NCBI RefSeq assembly: GCF_009914755.1
Contig: NC_060932.1
Reading direction: 5' to 3' (one strand)
Length of the DNA: 64,000 nt
DNA from: the human T2T-CHM13v2.0 reference genome, Homo sapiens
Shown here: positions 31,581 through 54,443 of the stretch, piece by piece
Layout: every line of letters starts with the position of its first letter
How positions within the stretch are numbered: position 1 is the stretch's first letter
Program-made: the position numbers and the translations under genes
The notes under the pieces: generated by a model
The model's input: the letters and a program-made list of their open reading frames with translations, nothing else
The model's database searches: none
Told to the model about the DNA's origin: nothing

Positions 31581-32351
31581 GAGAGTCTTAAATATCTGCC
31601 CCTCCATCAGGGCGCCAGCCTGGCAGTCTCCACGGTGACTCTGCTGCTTCTAAAGACACCAGAGGAAGAGCAGCTAAAGTCCACACTGGGCCTTGTCAAG
31701 GGCTGTTCATCAATTTCATTGTATTAAATAAGTTAACACAGTTATCACAGTGACTTTTCTTTTGTCAGCAAAAAAAGCCTTCTTTCCTCCTATATTTCCA
31801 GTTCCAAGGTGGTATGTGACCGTTCTCTGCTGTCATGCTGTCGCTGACATTTATTCCTCTAGTGTGGAGACGGGGCTGTCCATCTGCCTGGTGGCTGCTG
31901 ACCCCCTAGCTAGTGAGGCGTGAGGTGGGCTCCGAAAGAGCCAGTGAGGAGGACACCAAGCAGGGGCTCCTCTGCCAGCCTCTTAAAAAGAGGAGGTGCT
32001 ATTTGGTTATGTCATGGTTCCATTTGGTTACATGAGTTCCTTCTCAGACCCTTCTCTGTGTGTCCACCTTGGGGTGATGTGTGTGCGTGAACCAACCTGC
32101 CGAAAATTAAACAGACAAAAGAAAAAAAATATGAAAACAAAAAGAGCAGGCACCACCTTGTTTGCCTGCTTGCGTGTGTGACACATCCTCCCCATGTGGA
32201 GGGCATGAGATTGAAAGGTCCTTGTAGGAGCAGTTTGGCAGCACGATGAGGACTTGGGATGTGGCACGCACAAAAAACTGAAGTTACACGCAGTTGTGCC
32301 CTCAGGGTCTGAGTTCTGGTGCTGTGAGTGGGGCTGGGTGAGCGCCACTGA

Positions 32352-32741
<390 letters not shown>

Positions 32742-33541
32742 TGACTCCAGCAGGGCTGCTTTGCCTCTCAGATCCTCTGTTCCCTGCCCACCTGGGGCTG
32801 GTGTGTGTGTGAGTCAGAGGCGCTTCCGAGAACACCAGGGAAGGGGTAAGGGCGTGCTGCACACTCTGCTGGGATTACTCCAATGACAAGGAAAACTCAT
32901 CACAGGTCTGGGCGTGGGGAAGGACTGGGCAAGTTCCAAAACAAATGCTTCCTCCCTGGGCATGTTAGGGCCACGTTAGGCCTTTGGTGCCAGTGCCACT
33001 GCTCTCCTTATTAGGAGGGATTTTATTCTAGAGATGGGACAGCACCACACACGGGGGCAGGGAGCATAGCAGAGAGGGAGCAGGATTCATGATCAGAGAG
33101 CCGGGCCAGGGCTGCAGACCCGCCCCAATCCATCCGATCCACCTGACCCACCTGGACTCATCTGTGGGGCTCTATTCTCCACCTTCTCACCACACCACCT
33201 CCTCTTCCCTAGAATGTTCACTTCTGGTGGGTGGATGGCAGCCCCTCCTGGTCTCAGGGGCAGTTGGGTGCCCTCCTCCCCATTGTTCCCTATGACAGTA
33301 CCACACAGCCTGCTAGTACATGTTACCTCATTCGATTTCCAAAAGCTCACACATGGGTGCACAGGTATGGTTCCCACATGATGGGTGGATGTCATGGCCC
33401 AGAGAGGTTGGGCCTCACACAGCTGTAGCAGCAGAGCCTGGGTCCCAGCCCACACAGACCCAGCTGCAGGCCACCTCTCCATCTCTGAGGCTGAATAAGG
33501 CCATATAACATTATGAAAACTGGAAGCTCTGAACAAAATAA

Positions 33542-40411
<6,870 letters not shown>

Positions 40412-41801
40412 CTAAAATAGCTCAAGGAAGTTATATGTGAGTGGACTCTATTTAAACAGTCTTGCTCATTATCCTTTGGAAAACATTGGCATGTGTTTTC
40501 TTTTGTCAAGGGAGGCTCAAAATTCTGGGCACTCAAGATTGCAGGGCAGGCTGTGGTGCTCTCTCCTGCCTGATGGGGTGTGGCTCTGCTGGGCGGGCCT
40601 GGGTCTTATCAGATCTTAGATTGGAATCAGCCTTTCCTGGATTCTGCAGGTGGCCAGTCTGCTGTGGTGACACCATCCTGTGCTCCAGGCCTTTCGGGAA
40701 CCCACCCCTCTGTTGCTGTCCCTGCTTCCTTCTCGAGCTGCTCCTAGCAGGCATCCAGGACTTCAGCGTTAAAGAACAGAGGGTTTCAGAGAAAACATTT
40801 GGCTTTGGGGAAGAGAGCTCCATTCCAGGAACTGCACATCAGGTGCACTGTCTAGCATTGTGGATCTTCTGACTGGTTCCATTGCATGCATCCATCTGAC
40901 TGAAGTGTGGATTATAGCAAAAGATCATTTGCACATAAAGCTTTTTGGAAAGCATAAGTAACCAGGTTAATAAATACAGTAACAATGAGAGAGAAGACAG
41001 CAGGCCCTCAGTCATGGCTCCACCATTTTATAGCTCTAGAGCCTTGGGCGAGGCATGGAATGTCATGGCCGCAGCGTCCCCTTCTTTAGGATGAGGGGTT
41101 TGGACCTCCGAGTGCTCTCTAGGGCCCCGTCTCCCTCTAACAACTCCATTTCACTGTCCAGAAATCTGGTTTTCAGGATGGTGGCCCCGGGACATCTCTG
41201 ACATCCGCCAGCTGGTGGCCTAACTGCTTCCCACAGGCTCTGTGTCTCATCTCCACTGCCTGCCCCTGCATTCGCCTGTCCGTCCTTCCCTCCCTGCCCC
41301 TGCGCTGGCTGCCCGCTGCTCCTCGACGTTCTGTTTCCCTGGCCGTTCTTGTGGCCTGTTTCTCACCATATTGTTCCCAGAATCTGGAATTCAACCCTGA
41401 ACTCATCCTAAAGTCATATCCATGTCTGCCAGGTCTTTCTTCCAAAGTCAATTCCAGTAGAAGCTCTGGTTGTCTTCTTCAGCCAGGTCCCTCCTGCCAT
41501 CCCCTTTCTTGTGTCATGGTGCCACTTTCTGCCCGCTGCCCAGGACCAAGTGTCCGTGTCGAACCTGGTCTCACAGAGTCAGCCCCCGCTCCTGCTCATA
41601 GCCTTGCATTACGGAGGCTGCAGACCGCTGCTTCTGCTGATTCAATGTCAGAGCAAATCCCTGCAGCGACCTCCTCCCTGGCCTCCTTAACCCTGTGTGC
41701 TAACCTACCCTTCTGTCTTGGAAGGGCACTTCCATCACAGTCCACTCTTAGATAAAGGCCCAGCCCCTTCGCCGTACCTTTCTCCCACTCAGCCCTGGGC
41801 A

Positions 41802-42060
41802 TGACCCACAGGACCCACCCGCCAACCTCTGTGTGTGACCCTTGGAACCCACCCGCCAGCCTCCAGGCGTGACCCTCAGAACCCACCCGCCAATCTCTGT
41901 GTATGACCCACAGAACCCACCTGCCAGCCTCTGTGTGTGACCCGCAGAACCCACCTGCCAGCTTCTGGGCATGATCCTCGGAACCCACCTGCCAACCTCT
42001 GCACGTGACCCACAGAACCTACCCGCCAGCCTCCGTGCGTGATTCCAAACCCACCTGTCC
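41802..42060 (+). repeat. 34-bp minisatellite, about 7.6 copies, consensus TGACCCACAGAACCCACCYGCCAGCCTCTGTGTG
   Basis: Units start at 41802, 41836, 41870, 41904, 41938, 41972, 42006 and 42040 (last one partial). Confidence 0.93.
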
Positions 42061-43312
42061 CTTGCTGGCCTTGCACGCGTTGCCCCTTGTGGAAGCTGTT
42101 CTTGCACCTCCCAGAGACCCTGAGCCTGCCCGTCCTTTGGGCACAGCTGCAGACCTGCCCCTCTGTGGGGATTGCCTGGCCTGGGGTCACGGGGATTTTC
42201 CTGTGGGTCTTTCTGCTGATGTCACCTCATTTGCTCCTTTGACGCTTGGCATTGCCATTACTGCTCTGTGATTTCTGTCTGTGCCTTGGCAGTGAGGGCT
42301 GACTTCCGGGTTTGGGGCCAGTTGACCAGACTGTGCAGGAAGTTAGGAAAAGGCTTTGATTCAGTGGCATGTTTCCCATTGTGTGCAGATAGTGGACACT
42401 CAATAGAGCCTCGCTGAGTGAATTAGTGAAGTTGTCGCACTTTCGCCTTGGCACCCAACGTTACTGCCTTGCTGCCTCACTGATTAATTGAAGGCTATTT
42501 TAGCCAAGTAACCTTTAGCCAGACTCAGTCTCTCTCCCCATGTCCACAGCTGGCCTTCAAGTCTGTTTTTTTTGGGAAGCCCAGTGACATTGAAGTGGCT
42601 GGCACAGTAGGACCCAGGCAGTAGGTTTTACTGAGGGAACGGACATCCTGTTGCCTTTCTCACTCAGTGATGACTTGGATTACCAGCCAGTTGACAACCA
42701 ACCATCTTTGTACCCTTCTAACCTCTATCTCAGCCTCTTGGACCATTTCTCTTTCCACCTGTTCTCTATGGAATGTAGCTCAAACAAAAATGTTCTGAAG
42801 GGAACTTAGTCATCCCTCTAAACTTGTGATAGATAGAGATTCATGGACCCACCCTTATAAAACTGCTTTCTTCTCGGAAGTCTTGCTGCTCTTATCTGTT
42901 CCCCAGTTTGTGGTTTGTCATCTGAAAAAAATACATAGGGCTGTGGGGCTGTGATTCGGAGCTGTGATTCATCAATAAGACCCACAGGATTGTCAGCGTT
43001 CTTCAGTTATGTGTTTGTGCCTTCCTCATGAGCCAGGGAAAGGCTGGGGTTACCACCGGGGCACGGCTTCTGAGGAGGGTGAGAGAAGGAGGCTGTTATC
43101 TTCCTATGGCAAGTCTGCCATGTGGACCCATTCTGTGGAAATGTACTGTGTCATTTATCTTAGTTTTTGTGTTTTTCCTGCATACACTGCACTGTGTCGT
43201 TTATTTTAGTTTTTGCATTTTTCTAGAGGCAGGGTCTTGCTCTGTTGTCCGGGCTAGAGTGCAGTGGCACGATCATGTTTCACCGCAGCCTTGAATTCCT
43301 GGGCTCAAGTGA

Positions 43313-43627
<315 letters not shown>

Positions 43628-44840
43628 TAATTTTTATAAACATGTCTTACTGCTATTGCCAGGGATTTAGATTTTTAATAAACTTCCAGATACAACAGTA
43701 TTTTTCTTCATCTCAATGTCTCATTTTTCATCAAATTTAAACAAAGTTAGATTCTCTGGGCTTGAAACAATTTTGATTCATTTCACTTTAGCTCTGAAGT
43801 ACTGTTTTGTAAAATGTAGCACAGTGATACTGAACCAAGCTTTTTGAAAGCTTATTCTCTGCAGGGTACATTTAAGAGGACTTGCCTATCAGAATTTTTA
43901 CATTTCAGTCCCAGAAACTATGTGTAACAATACCTGTTGGATTCTTTAAATCTGGACTTTATTAAGTTGACAGAGGTATTGAAGAATAGATGACCACCCC
44001 GAAATGAGGAATAAAGTTTGTTTTGTACAGTTGTTTAAGCATAAAAATAGACAGATATTAATAGTAGTCAGAGTATTCAGTTACCAACCTCTTGTCCCTC
44101 CTCACTGAAGATCTGGTGACAACTCTAATCCACGTGGCGTAGAGAGCGGTGCCTTTGGTCTAATCCGAATGCTCCTCCTCTTCACTGGGGGGTTCTGGGG
44201 ACATCTCACCTGGTTGTGCCCTGGGTTTTGCCCTGAGATGTTAGCCTCCAGCTCTGGGGGCCTTGTCTCAGTCTGGGCATGTGTACTTGCTCAAATTACA
44301 GTATCTCAACTTCCATATATTCTGCTTTGGAAAAAACTAACCTACACTTTTATGTATTACATCCTGATACTCTCCAGCAGTCTGTCATATACCAAAACAG
44401 GTCTTTTGTGAACCTATCAGTTAACAGACACTTTGAGTTATTGCATGGCCTTGCTCTCTGCCAGCCAGTAGTTCATATTCAACAGCAGTGCCATCCCTGT
44501 CTGCAAGGCTGTGTTAGTGCAGCTATTTTTTATACTTCATTTAATTTATTATGCTTTTTCATTTGCTTTGATTTTTAATAAAAGTAAAACAAAAATAAAA
44601 GTGCTGATGAGAAGCATTGGTCTTGAAACATTAACACAATTGAGAACAAGATGAAATATAATTTTTTAGGCACATGGAAAGCAGCGAGTCTTTCACCTCA
44701 TCTGGACATTAATTGGACCTAAGCTGATCTACTCTGTCACTTAGGAAGGAAATGAAAAGTAAGGAACAGTATGATATGTTGGAACCACATGGTCGAAGGC
44801 TGGACTTAAAAGAGCAGATGCAAGGAGAGATCTGGCACCA

Positions 44841-45170
44841 CAGATAGAGCATCCCTAATCCCAAAGTCCAAAATCTAAAGGGCTGTAAAATCTGAAGGTT
44901 TTTGTACACTGACATGATGCCAGAAGTGGAAAATTCCACACTTAAGTACTTAACACATTGTTCCATGCACAAAATTATTAAGACTATTGTATAAAATTAC
45001 CATCAGACTATAAAATCATTTATAAAAATTCAGTTGTTTCATATAAGGTATATATGAAACAAATGAATTTTGTGTTTAAGCTTGGGTTCATTAGGAATAT
45101 GCCAGTATTCCAAAATCCAAAAAAAAAAAAACTGATCCCAAGCATTTTGGATAAGAGATACTCATCATGT
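44841..45170. mobile_element. Tigger4/MER46-like DNA transposon fossil
   Basis: TIR-like CAGaTaGAGCATCCCTAATCC at the left end and TTTTGGATAAGAGATACTCA at the right end; internal ACATGATGCCAGAAGTGGAAAATTCCAC. Confidence 0.75.
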
Positions 45171-45407
45171 ATAGCTTAATGTTCTGAGCTGGAACTCCTT
45201 TAATAAGGTGGAAGTCAGTTGTTCAGCTCTCAGTTTGACTCTTAAATATGTTTTCAGCAAATGTTCAGCTTAGAGTCTTTGCAGAGAATGTTTGCTTACT
45301 CAGTTTCTGTGGAAGGCTTTTCCGTTACCCTGCACAGAGGGCCGTACCCATGACAGCAGATAGGATCGCTGCCTGGGCCTCAGGGGTCTTCCCCTCCCCG
45401 GCTTGCC

Positions 45408-45409
45408 GA

Positions 45410-45448
<39 letters not shown>

Positions 45449-45538
45449 AGAGAGAGAGAGAGAGAGAGAGAATAAGAGAGAGAGAGAGAGGAGAGAGAAT
45501 GAGAGAGAGAATGAGAGAGAAACAGAGAGAATGAGAAT
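45408..45538 (+). repeat. Interrupted (GA)n microsatellite, about 130 nt
   Basis: Read directly. Confidence 0.95.
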
Positions 45539-45792
45539 GGTGGTGGCGGCGACGGCATACAGAGGGTTCATTGTTAAACCTCTGAATGTTACTGCTTTTG
45601 ACTTTTTAAGTTTTAAACAAGAAACAGGTCATACCATTAACTATCCCTCTGAGTCAGAAAATATAGACCCAAGAGTTGCCTGTTCTAATGTGGCACTACC
45701 ATAATTTGTTCTAACATTTCCTAATGACTGTCTGTTTCTAATTATTTCATTCAAGATATGCAGTAAGTATCCTTGGGCTACCAGTGAAGTGA

Positions 45793-46187
<395 letters not shown>

Positions 46188-47125
46188 TGATTTATAAGAG
46201 CTTTTTATCTATTAGGTATCTTTACTCTTTGGTGTATGTGTTGTAGATATTGTTTCCCCACCTCTCTTATCTTTTGGCTTTGTTTATAGTATCTTTTGCC
46301 ATAAACTTTGAAAACCTTTTAATGTTATTTGCACTGTTCTATTTATACCATGTGACTTTCCTGCATACACTGCTCTTTTTGCTACATGTATCCCATGGTG
46401 TTTTGGAGTTTTTGTTGCTAATGTGAATGGGATTTTTTTTCCTTTCCACTGCAACTGGATATAGCTAACATAGAGAAAAGCTATTGACTTGTGTATTCTT
46501 GTTCGTTTCCAGACAACTGGCTAAATTTTATCCAGTGTTTAGTCTGTTGAGCTCTCTAGGCTACATCTCCAAATCTATCTCCATCTCTAGTCATAGCATC
46601 TCCAAATAAAAATAATTTTATCTCATTTCAGTACTATTTATTTCATTTCTTTCTTTTATAGTGCAGTGAACTAGATGTCTGTCAAAGTTATTCACCCTCT
46701 CTTGAGGGTAAAATCATGTCCTTCTTGCCATCTGAGCTGCAGGCGGGTGCCTCCTCATGTGACATCATCACGTTGCCTCCTCACAGCAGAAGCTCTTGGT
46801 ATCAAATGCTTCCGTAGCCAGTGTTGTGCAGTCTGCTTTCTTCCAACTAGATTCTGAGCTCTTTAAAGTTGGGGATCATGCCCCTTATTTTATGTCCCTC
46901 ACAGAACCTCCCAGAGAACTGGGCATGTAGTAAGTCTGTGTAGGGCTGTCTGTATGTGTGGGAGGTGTCCCTGTTCTCCTCTTCTGCCTCCCCGCTGCTT
47001 CCTGGAAGCCAGTTCTGACCTCTTGGGACTGTCGATCATATGACCATAGGACTCTGTCCCCAAGGGCCCTTCCTCCTTGCCCACCCTATAGAATTTAGAT
47101 TTTTGAGCCTCTAGACCAAAGAAAC

Positions 47126-47298
47126 TTCCCTTCTCAAAACTTTATTGGCGTCAGCATCACCTGGAGAGTTTGTTAACACAGATCGTGGGGTCATCCCCAG
47201 AGACTTGAATCCAGAGGTCTCAGGTGGAGCCCGAGAATTTCACATTTTGAACAAGCTTGTTTGCTGCTGGTCCAGGTAGTATAGTTTGAGAAGCACTG
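47126..47298. mobile_element. MER5A (hAT-Charlie) fossil
   Basis: TTCTCAAAACTT...CATCACCTGGAGAG...GAGCCCGAGAATTT...TTTGAGAAGCACTG. Confidence 0.75.
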
Positions 47299-47539
47299 CT
47301 CTAGGCTGCAGTTGGTGACCTCATGGATGCAAGGCAAAGAGTGCTTTGCGCAAGTAAGCCAGATTCCTGTGGAAGTTTAAGCCTCACGTAGCAGGGCCCC
47401 TGCCCTCCACCCTGAGGTATTGCGCTACAAGTCAGAGTATGTTTCAGGGGCATGCGGCATTTATCTTTTGCAGGATAGGAGATTCTGTCATGAAAAGCAT
47501 TTTTTAGGCCTAAGAAAAACTCACCCCCCTCTTCCTCAG

Positions 47540-47628
47540 CCTCTGCGCTTAGATACCTTCATGAAAACAGAATCATCCATCGGGATCTAAAGCCAGAAAA
47601 CATCGTCCTGCAGCAAGGAGAACAGAGG
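47540..47628 (+). CDS. IKBKB: IKBKB exon 6, aa 130-159; catalytic loop HRDLKPEN (Asp145 GAT 47584-47586)
   Basis: cctcag|CC ... AGG|gtaagt; [30 protein letters not shown]. Confidence 0.98.
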
Positions 47629-48695
47629 GTAAGTGACCTCCTGGGACTGGGAAAGCCTCAGGTGGGCGTGCCGGGAAGTGGCCTGGGAGGAAAGGAGCAC
47701 ACTCTGCATATTTGTGTGTATTTGCATTTCCTTGCCTGTGCTTTGATTCTCTGGGAATGCTGTTTGATTTGAAACAAAATTGAGCAAAAAAGTTGTTGCA
47801 GATTGAGGCAAGTTTAAATGGATTACATTGTTAGTTGCTCAAGTTGCAGGAATCTGATAAGGAAAATAATGTTTGCCTTCCTACCTCCACCCCTAGCCTC
47901 TGGGACTAGCGCTTCTTGGAAGTCGACTTTTTGTTTTCCATTTGCTTTAAGAGCCTCGCCTCTCGACTCTAAATGGAAACCAGTGGTCAGTTGGTTGTGG
48001 ATGTGGCTGGGAAGAGGCACTGGGAGCTGGCCTCTGCTGCCAAGCCTGGTCCAGCCTATAGTTTCCCCAGAGCTCTTTGTGGCCTCCTCAGTGGCCACCC
48101 GGCTCAGACGTGGTGTTGACTGCCCCACAAGCTTGACATTGTGGTCTTTACCCACCCACTCTATGTGTTCAGCTGGGGTGGTGAGCACAGGCTCAGCTGA
48201 GTGGAATACAGTGAATGAGTTCTTAGATCACCTAATCCCTTCCCATACAGCTGCCCTTAGCACCTAGGCCTGGCCTGTGACTACCACAGGGCTCGCCCTT
48301 GTTCCAGTTCACCCTCACTCCTGTCAGTGGTGCTCAGATTTGAGAACTGAGGGCATTTACTGAGAAGAGGCTGGCCCGGTCCTTCCTGTTTCAAGTCTGG
48401 GTTTAGCTGTCTTGAGGGCTGGTGCCTGTTCTGTTCATTCAGCTTCCCTCTGATGATGCGTGGCAGAGTGTGGGAGGACACGTGCCTAGCATTTTTACAA
48501 TATGCCTTTTCTTTTAGCCCTGAATCTACCGTGTCGAGGGCATTCTTTTGTGTATCTGGTGGCTCTTAGGAGTTTGGGATCTAATAGTACCTGGGAATTC
48601 AGAAATACCTCTGCTCTAACACCAGGCAGTCAGAATCCTCGTAGAAGGACATTGTGTTCTTATAACCCTCAGCTTTCTCCTTCCTTTTGTTTTAG

Positions 48696-48872
<177 letters not shown>

Positions 48873-50669
48873 TGAGTCCCACCGGCTCTCTGAATGTTTT
48901 GGAGATGCATGAGGTCACACCCATAACCTGGTCGAGTCAGCATTTTTTGCCACCAGATGCCCTGTGGAGGGATGTGGTCGTCTTCTCTGATGTCCGGAGG
49001 GCTCTGCTCATGCGCCTTGCACCATCCCCTAGCCTCTCTGTGCTTCAGTGTCTTCTCTGAAAGGAAAGGGTTTTAAACAGATCCATGCTGGTCTCGAGCG
49101 GTCCTCCCACCTCAGCCTCCTGAGCAGCTAGGACTACAGGCAGGAGCCACTGAGCCTGGCCGAGGCCACACTTTCCATGAGGTATTTCAGGGGCCACTGA
49201 GTAGGGGTCAGAGCTCTGAGCTCCCCACCCTTTGTTTACGTTATTTGGTCTGAATATTAGGTTTCTGTTTGAGTCACTCATTCATTCAAGCATATTGATG
49301 GAGTGTAGTCTGTGTCAGGCACTGTGCTCAGGGCTGGTGATGCAGTGGGGAAAAAAGACAAGCCCTTTTCGGCCTTCAGAGCTTAGGGTTTAGCAGGAAA
49401 GCAAGCATTACTGTGATGCTTACACAGATAACTAAGAAATTACAGTTGTGGTGAGTGTTACAAAGCAAGAGTGCAGGGTGTTGCAAGAATATATATTGGG
49501 TGGCCTCAGCCTGGTCTGGGACTTGAAGGGTAAGGAGGTGAAAAGGGCTGGAGGTGGGGGACGGCAGGGGGAATTCCGTGCAAAGGGATCACACACAGGA
49601 AGACCTGCAGGTGTGGCTGGAACCGAGCACAAAAGGGAAAGAGAGTCTTGAGTTGAAGCTGAGAACAAGGTAGAGCACAGATTATGAAGGGCCTTCAGGG
49701 CTGGGCTAAAGTTCTAGACTTTATCTTAAAACCTCTGCAGAGATTGATGGGTTTTAAGTGGGAGAAGGAGCAACTCTTTGGAAAGCCCACTCCTGACACT
49801 GTGTGGAGAAGGAATCACACTGAACAGGAGGGAAGAGTGGGTGAGGTAGGGGCAGTGAAGATGTAGAGGGCAATTAGATTCCAGGAGGGCTTAGCACAAA
49901 TGCCCAGCAAGACTTGTCATAGGTTGCTTGATGATGGCAGTAGCCACCACAATTGGGAGTGACTCAAGGAGTCTGCGGCTTTCAGAGTGGGTCTCACAGA
50001 GGGCTGTGATTCAGGCGCCTGTGTCCATATGGCATGTGATTTGGTAGATCCTTCTGGAGTCCTCCTCAGCTCAGCAGCAGTCGAGCAAGGGGGACCCCAT
50101 GCTCTAACCAGGAGCTGAGTCAAGTCATGTACTCACATGAGCTAAAACGTCTGCCCATAACCAGACATAGAGGTTGACCTACCCATCCCGGAATGTCTTC
50201 TCTTGGTTTGGTCTCCCGGGCCCTTCCTTAAGCTTCACATTTCCAACCAGACCATGCACCACCCTGTCTCTGTGCTTTTGCTTGCCCCAGTCATTTCTGT
50301 CTCCACCCACCTGCTAAGCCCAGTCTGCACCCCCAGCACCCCGTGCTGCCGCCCCTTCTTCGGTCACCCCAGCGCTCTCTGCCTCAGCAGCAGCCATGCA
50401 TCACACTTTCCCTGCCTGTTTCTAAATATCCTGGCCCTTTCTGCAACCACATGGTACCTGGTTCAGGGGTTCAACCAGCACTTAATGCGTGTATTTGGTG
50501 TGGACAGCCTGGCATCATTTTCCTTTAACATTTGTAGCCTCTCTTCCCATTTCTACACAGTGCCCACGACTGTGTCCTGCCTTAAGCTAGTTTTCAATAA
50601 GCGCCTGAAATGCTGCAACCCTTTTTTTTTTTTCCTTTTTTCTTTCTTTCTTTCTTTTTTTTTTTTTAG

Positions 50670-50786
<117 letters not shown>

Positions 50787-51152
50787 TAAAGGTGCACACC
50801 ACCATGCCCAGCTAATTTTTGTATTTTTAGTAGAGACGGGGTTTCACCATGTTGGCCAGGCTGGTCTCAAACTCCTGACCTCAAGTAATGCGCCTACCTC
50901 GGCCTCCCAAAGTGCTGGGATTACAGGTGTGAGCCACTGCGTCCAGCCTGCAACCCTCAGTTTTAAAGGAGAGAAGTTAAAGCCTAGCGATGGGTGTGTG
51001 ATGTACTCTGGCCCTGAATCTTTAGCCCCTCCATCAGTACCTACTGGAGTGAGTGGGACATAGAAAGGTCTTAGAAATGGTAGCATGATATACCCGCTAA
51101 ACATGCCTGGGGTGCCCTCCTCGCCCTGCATGCATGTGCCAGTGCCCTCTAG

Positions 51153-51377
<225 letters not shown>

Positions 51378-51741
51378 TGAGTGGGCCCGGGGCACCTGGA
51401 TGGAGGAGGGAGCCTGTCTGTTCCTTTCTCTTCACGTACCCTGTTTCCCTGGCGCCCCATCACCGGGCCTGGGAGATCTGTGTTGTTTCTCTTCCGAGAG
51501 GAAGGCCTGTCAGGACCTAGCACGAGTAGGGGAGTGGTCTGTGCTCCAAGGACCTGTTAATAGATAGAGTAGCTGTTAAGTCTTCATGTGGATTCTGAGC
51601 CTTCACATCTTTAAATACAATGCTGTGTCAGTGTCATCTGCTCTGTGTTCAGAAGTAAGACTATTGTATGAATATACGCACTTACACTGAGAATGCTGTG
51701 TGTTAGTAAACAAATAAAACACGTGTACACATGACAAGTCA

Positions 51742-52041
<300 letters not shown>

Positions 52042-53694
52042 TCACTGCAATCCAGCCTGGGCGACAGAGTGAGACTCTGTCTCAAAACAAAAAAAGTTTA
52101 AAAAAAAAAAAAACAACAGCTGAGCATAAAGCATAAGAATGTAGCTGAAATTGTGAACCTAATAAATTACACAAAAATTTTTCCAGTAAAAATTAAAGGA
52201 TATGATGAAGATTTGTAGAATTACCCTGTATTCTTTAGCTTTTGTTTTACTGATTAAAGAAATAATGCATTGTGCAGGATATGTTTATATAAAAGTTAAT
52301 TATCACCACCAAAAATGGTATGTGAGGTAATGTATATGGTAATTAGCTCAATGTAGCCATCCCACAATGTGTACATCATGTTGTACAGGATAAATATAGA
52401 CCATTTTTATTTGTCAGTTTAAATCAAGAACTGGGGGCAGAAAAGAAATAAAAGTTAATTATTACTGAAAGCCATAATTTAAAAATGAATATTCCCCCAA
52501 ATCAGTTAGATTTCATTTAGGATTGTTCCTTGAGAGGCCACACACTAGTTTAAATGATGCTACTCTGCTCAAAATTTACTTACTTCAAGTTTTATTTTTT
52601 TTGGAACCGTAATAAGTTCATGTGGCTCAAATTTCCAGAAGAATAAGGGAGTATGCAGTGAAGTCATACCAGCCTCCCAGGCCCTCATTTACCTCCCCAC
52701 AGGCACCTGCTGTCTTCCAAGAATGTTTTCATATCTTCCAAGGTGTTCGTATCTTCCAGGGGTGTTTGCTACGTGTTCCAGTAAATTGGCATATATTTGT
52801 TTATTTGTACATTGATGTTTCCCCTCTTTTTTATCCCAATGGTAGCATTATCTGAACACGGTCCTGCACATGCTTTCAAGCTTTTCACACCATGAGAATT
52901 TCTTTTTGAGCCAATTTATCTGCAACACAAAAAATTATTATTTTGAACTTAAATAGTACTGCATAGTTTAATTACCCCCTCATTTTTGCCAGATTAACTT
53001 TGTTTCATTTTTGTGTTTTGGAAAATATGGAAACAGTAAAAAAGCAGGAATCAACTGTCATCCCATAATTGGAAAACAATCACTATGAACAGTTGTGTGT
53101 CTCCAGGCTCTTCAGCGTTATATTTTTGTACTTTTTAAACAAAAATAGGTTACTATAATCTTCATACAACGTGCCTTTCAAACTAGATATCAAAAATGCT
53201 GTATGTTTTTCCTTATTATTTGTAATGTCTGTTATTTCACTGAATGGCTGTGCTGTGGTTCATTTAACTTATCCCCCGTGGTTGGAAGGACGTTGATAAT
53301 TTTTACTTCTTAAAATAACACCAAGAATAACATCCTTGTAGGGAAATTCTTGCACACAGTTGTTTCCCTAGGATAATACCTAGAAAGGGAAATAACAGAT
53401 TAAAGAGTTTGCACGTTGTAAAGGTTTTTGATGCATATTAGTTAGCAAACTGCTCACCAGGAAGGTCATATAAATACACGTCTCCACCTGGAGTGTGGAC
53501 ACTGCCCCTTTCACCACATCCTTGCCAACACTGGCTATTGTCACCTTCTGGAAGTAATGAAAACAAAACATGAATGTTTTCAGAGGACAAGTGTCTACAT
53601 CTTGAGAGTATTTGTTTATAAGAATAAAGTGGGCCAGGCGTGGTGGCTCATGCCTGTAATCCCAGCAGTTTGGGAGGCCAAGATGGGCGGATCA

Positions 53695-54093
<399 letters not shown>

Positions 54094-54161
54094 TTATTTT
54101 AAAACAGGCATTGCTCCTTTAGCTACATAGGTTCTGGAATATTGAGGAATTTGTTCATTAA

Positions 54162-54443
<282 letters not shown>

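Noticed and set aside
41802-42060. Regularly spaced 34-bp repeats resembling a CRISPR array
   Set aside because: The units are head-to-tail with no unique spacers, there are no cas genes, and the context is a human intron; it is a minisatellite.
45248-45704. Glu/Arg-repeat ORFs
   Set aside because: These are translations of the (GA)n microsatellite.
49568-49577. Isolated kB consensus GGGGAATTCC and other scattered matches
   Set aside because: Several GGGRNWYYCC matches are expected by chance in 64 kb; this one sits in an L2 fragment with no other support.
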